Shown: positions 60,170-64,000 of the stretch, one piece after another
Layout: each line of letters opens with the position of its first letter
How positions within the stretch are numbered: position 1 is the stretch's first letter
Source of the DNA: an uncultured Gammaproteobacteria bacterium
Lineage (GTDB): Bacteria; Patescibacteriota; Microgenomatia; UBA1406; HO2-37-13b
Length of the DNA stretch: 64,000 nt
Assembly (NCBI GenBank): GCA_964413645.1
Contig: CAYPSA010000001.1
Span: 72,389-136,388 of the forward strand
Direction of reading: 5' to 3'
The notes under the pieces: model-generated
The model's database searches: none
Told to the model about the DNA's origin: nothing
Seen by the model: only the letters and a program-made list of their open reading frames with translations
Program-made: the position numbers and the translations under genes

Positions 60170-61516
60170 ATGTCACCAGAAGATGCATTTATCGTAACCG
60201 GAGGGAAACCAATTAGTGGATCTATTACGGTGTCAGGTGCTAAAAATGTAGCTTTAAAAGTGGTCATTGCGGCACTCATGCTCCAAAAGCCCGTAACACT
60301 TAAAAATATTCCAAATATTAAAGATATTGAAGAGTTACTAACTCTCATTAGCGACCTTGGAGGAAAATGGGAATTTGTCTCAAAAAATACTCTTCAGGTA
60401 GACGGAACATCACTTGAAAAGAATAAAGTGGATTTATTGTACGGATCAAAAATTCGCGTTTCATTCATGATGTTTGCACCTCTTTTGTATCGTCTTGGCA
60501 CAGCATTAATTCCTAATCCCGGAGGATGTCGAATTGGCGCTCGTTCTATCGATCGAACAATTGACATGATGCAGCAATTTGGCGTGGAAGTTCAATATAA
60601 TTCAAAAAATGGGTATTATACAGCTACCCGATCAAGCGACACATTCACCGCGATTCATTATCGTTTTGACAAAAAAACACATACAGGTACTGAGCTTGCA
60701 CTTCTTTTTGCCGCAACGGCACATGGAACCACAATTCTAGACAACTGTGCACTTGAACCTGAGATTGACGATTTGATTGAATTCTTAAACATGAACGGTG
60801 CAAAAATTAAGCGGGCGCAAGATTCCATTGTTATTACTGGTGTAAAAGAGCTAAGCAATCGTAGTAGTAAAGGCGAATTCACGATTATGGGCGATCGAAA
60901 TGAAGCTGTTACGTATGCAGTTTTAGCGATGGCTACAAAAGGTGATATTACTGTTCATGGCGCAGATGCACGACATTTAGGACCATTTGTTGAAAAGGTT
61001 CGTGAAGCCGGAGGAGGAATCGAAGAAAATGAAGATTCAATCAGATTTTATTATAAAAAAGAGCTTCTACATACGTATGTAGTTACATTGCCCCATCCTG
61101 GATTCATGACCGATTGGCAAGCTCCATGGGCTGTTCTTATGACCCAAGCAGTGGGAAAGTCAATACTTCATGAAACCGTTTTTGAAAATCGTTTTGGCTA
61201 CGTAAAAGAACTTAAGAAAATGGGTGCTCATATTTCGTTCTTTCAACCGGAATTGGAAGATCCTCATCATACATACCAATTTAATGGAAGCAAGAATAAG
61301 GCGTTTAAGAATCAAGCGATTGAAATCGTCGGAAACACACCCCTTCATAATGCTGTACTTAAAGTAACCGACATGCGAGCTGGTGCAAGTTTGATTATTG
61401 CAGCTCTTATAGCTTCCGGAGAATCAGTTGTCGATGGAGCCACGATTATAGATCGTGGATATGAAGATATCGTAGAAAAATTATCAGGTCTTGGAGCTTC
61501 TATTAGACGGGTATAA
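60170..61516 (+). CDS. murA: UDP-N-acetylglucosamine 1-carboxyvinyltransferase
   Basis: GGKPISGSITVSGAKN, PGGCRIGARSID catalytic loop; alternative start 60140 overlaps murB. Confidence 0.92.
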   Translation: MSPEDAFIVTGGKPISGSITVSGAKNVALKVVIAALMLQKPVTLKNIPNIKDIEELLTLISDLGGKWEFVSKNTLQVDGTSLEKNKVDLLYGSKIRVSFMMFAPLLYRLGTALIPNPGGCRIGARSIDRTIDMMQQFGVEVQYNSKNGYYTATRSSDTFTAIHYRFDKKTHTGTELALLFAATAHGTTILDNCALEPEIDDLIEFLNMNGAKIKRAQDSIVITGVKELSNRSSKGEFTIMGDRNEAVTYAVLAMATKGDITVHGADARHLGPFVEKVREAGGGIEENEDSIRFYYKKELLHTYVVTLPHPGFMTDWQAPWAVLMTQAVGKSILHETVFENRFGYVKELKKMGAHISFFQPELEDPHHTYQFNGSKNKAFKNQAIEIVGNTPLHNAVLKVTDMRAGASLIIAALIASGESVVDGATIIDRGYEDIVEKLSGLGASIRRV

Positions 61517-61521
61517 CTACT

Positions 61522-62088
61522 ATGAAACTACTACTCATGGATTTAGATGACACGCTCATTGATACGGCCACTTTTAAGCAGGCCCTTTTCCAAAAACTTG
61601 CGAGTGTGTATGAACTTGATATTGAACAAGTTTTGCAAGTATACGCAGATTATCGCACGAAACTTGATATGGATGATTGGGTCTATGATTTCACCATGGC
61701 TTTTGATCAGGAAGTTTGGTTTTCAAGTAAGGATTTAGGACGCATGGGCCTTCCCATTGAATTAAATAAAGAAATGGTTGAATTTGTAAAGAAATTCAAT
61801 GGAACAAAAATCATTTTTTCGCTTGGTAACATCAAACTTCAAAAACAAAAAATAGAGCTTGCACAATTGAAGAATTTATTTAATAGTATAATGATCACCA
61901 ATAAATCTAAACTTGATGTACTAACAGCATGGGTGAAGGACGAAACACTTGAGATCGATGGGGTAGCGTACGATGAAGTTGTGTTAGTTGATGATAAGGA
62001 ATCTTTTCTACAGAATGTGCGTAAATTATTTCCTTGGATTATTACCCTTAATCCAAAACAGATGATTACTAAACCAATACAAAACTAA
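61522..62088 (+). CDS. HAD-superfamily hydrolase
   Basis: LMDLDDTLIDT (DxDxT) N-terminal motif. Confidence 0.6.
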   Translation: MKLLLMDLDDTLIDTATFKQALFQKLASVYELDIEQVLQVYADYRTKLDMDDWVYDFTMAFDQEVWFSSKDLGRMGLPIELNKEMVEFVKKFNGTKIIFSLGNIKLQKQKIELAQLKNLFNSIMITNKSKLDVLTAWVKDETLEIDGVAYDEVVLVDDKESFLQNVRKLFPWIITLNPKQMITKPIQN

Positions 62089-62089
62089 T

Positions 62090-63295
62090 ATGCAAAAAAT
62101 ACCATTAGTTATTCTTGCTGCAGGAAGTGGCACGCGTTTACGCCCGCTCACAACACATATTCCTAAGCCGCTTATTCAATTTTTGGGAAAGCCAGTTATG
62201 CAACATAGTATGGAAGCCGCACTTCCATACGTAAGTGAATTTATTTGTATTGTTGGCGTACATGAAGAAAAAATTCGAGCATACTTTGGAGATGCTTTCA
62301 GGGGTGTTCCAATAACATATATTGTACAAGATCAACAGTCTGGAACAGGACACGCTTTGCAATTAGCTGCAAATTCGATTACGAGTGATACATTTATGTC
62401 AATGTACGGGGACGATGTGTACCCAGATCATTTTTTCGAAAAATTTTCCCAGTATGAGGGCTATGCTATCGCGGGCCAGAAAAAAGAAAACTGGAAAAGT
62501 TTTGGAGTTTTACAAGCTGATGCACATGGGAATCTTATCAAGATAGTCGAAAAGCCTTCAACATTTGTCAGTGATCTCGTCAACCCTGGTCTTTATAAGC
62601 TTGGTAGTGACATTTTTTCTTTATACGATAAAATTTCACTTTCTAAACGAGGAGAGTATGAACTTACCGACGTTATCGCCCTGTTTATAAAAAATCACGC
62701 AGTAAAAGTTTTAGAATTTGAAAAAGGATGGTATCCGCTATCTTATCCATGGAGTTTGCTTGATGTAGTAGAACAGATGTCCCGCGAGATGACTGCAAAA
62801 AATAACGGAACGATTGAAGAAGGAGCAATTATTCGAGGGAATGTTTATATTGGCGAAGGAACAGTTATTAAATCAGGGGCCTATTTAGAGGGAAATTTTT
62901 ATATTGGAAAAAATTGCGTGATCGGACCGAATTGCTATTTAAAGGGTTTTGGCTCAATTGGTGATTCTTGTGTAATTGGAAATGCTGTAGAAATTTGCCG
63001 ATCTGTTATTGGAAATAATGTAAATGTTCGACATTTATCATATGTTGGCGATAGTGTAATAGGAAATTCAGTGAACTTAGCAGCAGGAACCATTCTTGCA
63101 AGTCTGCGACACGATGGAAAGACCGTTCGTGTTACAGTAAATGGAATTCGCGTAGATAGTGGACGTGCAAAATTGGGTGCAATCGTAGGTGACAATGTAA
63201 AAACTGGAATTCACACGAGTATTATGCCTGGTTGTAAGCTCGAAGCTGGTAGAGTTACATTACCCGCTGAAGTTGTTCGAGAAGACAAACCATGA
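62090..63295 (+). CDS. Bifunctional-type sugar-phosphate nucleotidyltransferase with C-terminal hexapeptide (acetyltransferase-like) domain, GlmU-like
   Basis: ILAAGSGTRLRPLT NTP-transferase motif and C-terminal left-handed beta-helix repeats. Confidence 0.8.
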   Translation: MQKIPLVILAAGSGTRLRPLTTHIPKPLIQFLGKPVMQHSMEAALPYVSEFICIVGVHEEKIRAYFGDAFRGVPITYIVQDQQSGTGHALQLAANSITSDTFMSMYGDDVYPDHFFEKFSQYEGYAIAGQKKENWKSFGVLQADAHGNLIKIVEKPSTFVSDLVNPGLYKLGSDIFSLYDKISLSKRGEYELTDVIALFIKNHAVKVLEFEKGWYPLSYPWSLLDVVEQMSREMTAKNNGTIEEGAIIRGNVYIGEGTVIKSGAYLEGNFYIGKNCVIGPNCYLKGFGSIGDSCVIGNAVEICRSVIGNNVNVRHLSYVGDSVIGNSVNLAAGTILASLRHDGKTVRVTVNGIRVDSGRAKLGAIVGDNVKTGIHTSIMPGCKLEAGRVTLPAEVVREDKP

Positions 63296-64000
63296 AAAAA
63301 ATTGTCGTTATCGGCGGCGGGGCGGGCACTTCTGTTGTATTACGCGGCTTACGTGATTATCCAGTTTCGCTTTCTGCAATTGTTAGTATGATGGATAGTG
63401 GAGGTAGTACGGGTCGTCTTCGTAAACAATATAGCGTTTTACCCCCTGGCGATATTCGTCAAAGTTTGGTCGCATTGTCAAATGCCCCTGCAGATATCCA
63501 AAGACTTTTTTTGTATCGATATTCTTCTGGCGATTTGAAAGGGCATAATGTTGGAAATATTATTCTTTCTACACTTGAACAAATAGCTCCTGACTATATG
63601 TCATCGATCAAGCTTGCTTCGACACTTTTACAGGTAGATGGAAACGTTGTTCCCGTTACGACAGACAAAGTACAATTATGTGCAGAATATGAAGATGGAG
63701 AAGTGATTTTAGATGAACACCTGATAGATAGCGCTAAGCACAAATCTTCACGAATCAAGAAGGCATATCTTGCTCCTGCTGCCCTTGCAGCACCTGAAGC
63801 GATGGCTGCAATTAATAATGCTGACTACATTATTGTAGGTCCAGGAGATTTATATACCAGCCTAATCCCAAATTTTTTGGTAAAGAATATTGCTTCAGAA
63901 ATAAAAAAGTCCAAAGCAAAATTAATTCTCGTAAGTAATCTTATGACAAAGCGAGGACAATCTACTCGATATACAGTTTCAGATCATATCGCCGATCTCG
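63292..64000 (+). CDS. YvcK/CofD-family protein (gluconeogenesis factor-like), 3' end outside window
   Basis: Not in the ORF track (runs off the edge); ATG overlaps the previous stop (ATGA); VVIGGGAGTSVVLRGL, DSGGSTGRLR, PPGDIRQSLVAL. Confidence 0.8.
   Translation, partial: MKKIVVIGGGAGTSVVLRGLRDYPVSLSAIVSMMDSGGSTGRLRKQYSVLPPGDIRQSLVALSNAPADIQRLFLYRYSSGDLKGHNVGNIILSTLEQIAPDYMSSIKLASTLLQVDGNVVPVTTDKVQLCAEYEDGEVILDEHLIDSAKHKSSRIKKAYLAPAALAAPEAMAAINNADYIIVGPGDLYTSLIPNFLVKNIASEIKKSKAKLILVSNLMTKRGQSTRYTVSDHIADL

Noticed and set aside
1-64000. Alternative genetic code (UGA recoded, as in some candidate phyla)
   Set aside because: Conserved proteins terminate at TGA at the expected lengths (sufD, sufS, both oxidoreductase subunits, the GlmU-like gene). 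I saw no in-frame TGA interrupting any conserved gene, so standard code 11 fits.

Overview
AT-rich, gene-dense chromosomal segment: about 59 CDS and 3 tRNAs, with no rRNA, CRISPR array, transposase, integrase or recognisable defence cassette. Gene content suggests a small-genome, Gram-positive-type bacterium, possibly Candidate Phyla Radiation/Patescibacteria; that placement is inference, since no database search was possible.

Order of content:
- PBP1A 3' end, pgk and class I fba
- a 635-aa orphan
- sufCBDSU and a two-subunit 2-oxoacid:ferredoxin oxidoreductase
- lon, a DsbA-like protein, and a repeat hotspot
- two histidine phosphatases and tRNA-Glu
- greA, class I lysK, serS and secA
- an ABC-2 transporter, eno, a stand-alone 5'-3' exonuclease and ftsH
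- a tsaC-tsaE fusion and tsaD
- tRNA-Met, a 7-TM protein and tRNA-Pro
- a ~15-kb glycan-assembly locus: priming sugar transferase, DUF4012-like protein, recO, manC, five GT4, two GT2, an acetyltransferase, a GT-C and a Wzy_C/O-antigen-ligase-like protein
- glyQS
- mraZ-rsmH-ftsL-ftsI-murE-murC-murB-murA, a HAD hydrolase, a GlmU-like protein and yvcK

I found no novel gene cassette. The unusual signals are in the non-genic sequence:
1. A modular family of short hairpin repeats, at least 25 units at 16 loci. The outer helix shows compensatory covariation, sits next to tandem G.A pairs, and encloses either a GNA-triloop core or interchangeable inner palindromes. Several units sit in frame inside conserved genes (sufS, secA, a GT2, possibly lysK). 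Others supply C-terminal tails, stop codons and SD-like motifs at gene junctions.
2. A second repeat: a twin 15-nt palindrome with fixed 27-bp phasing that embeds stop codons and an SD/anti-SD-like pair.
3. A recurrent (TGn)TATAAT-N6-11-ATG arrangement at 17 genes, implying mostly leaderless first cistrons. This also corrects several ORF-track starts.

All coordinates and folds were derived by hand. Protein calls rest on motifs I recognise, not on searches.
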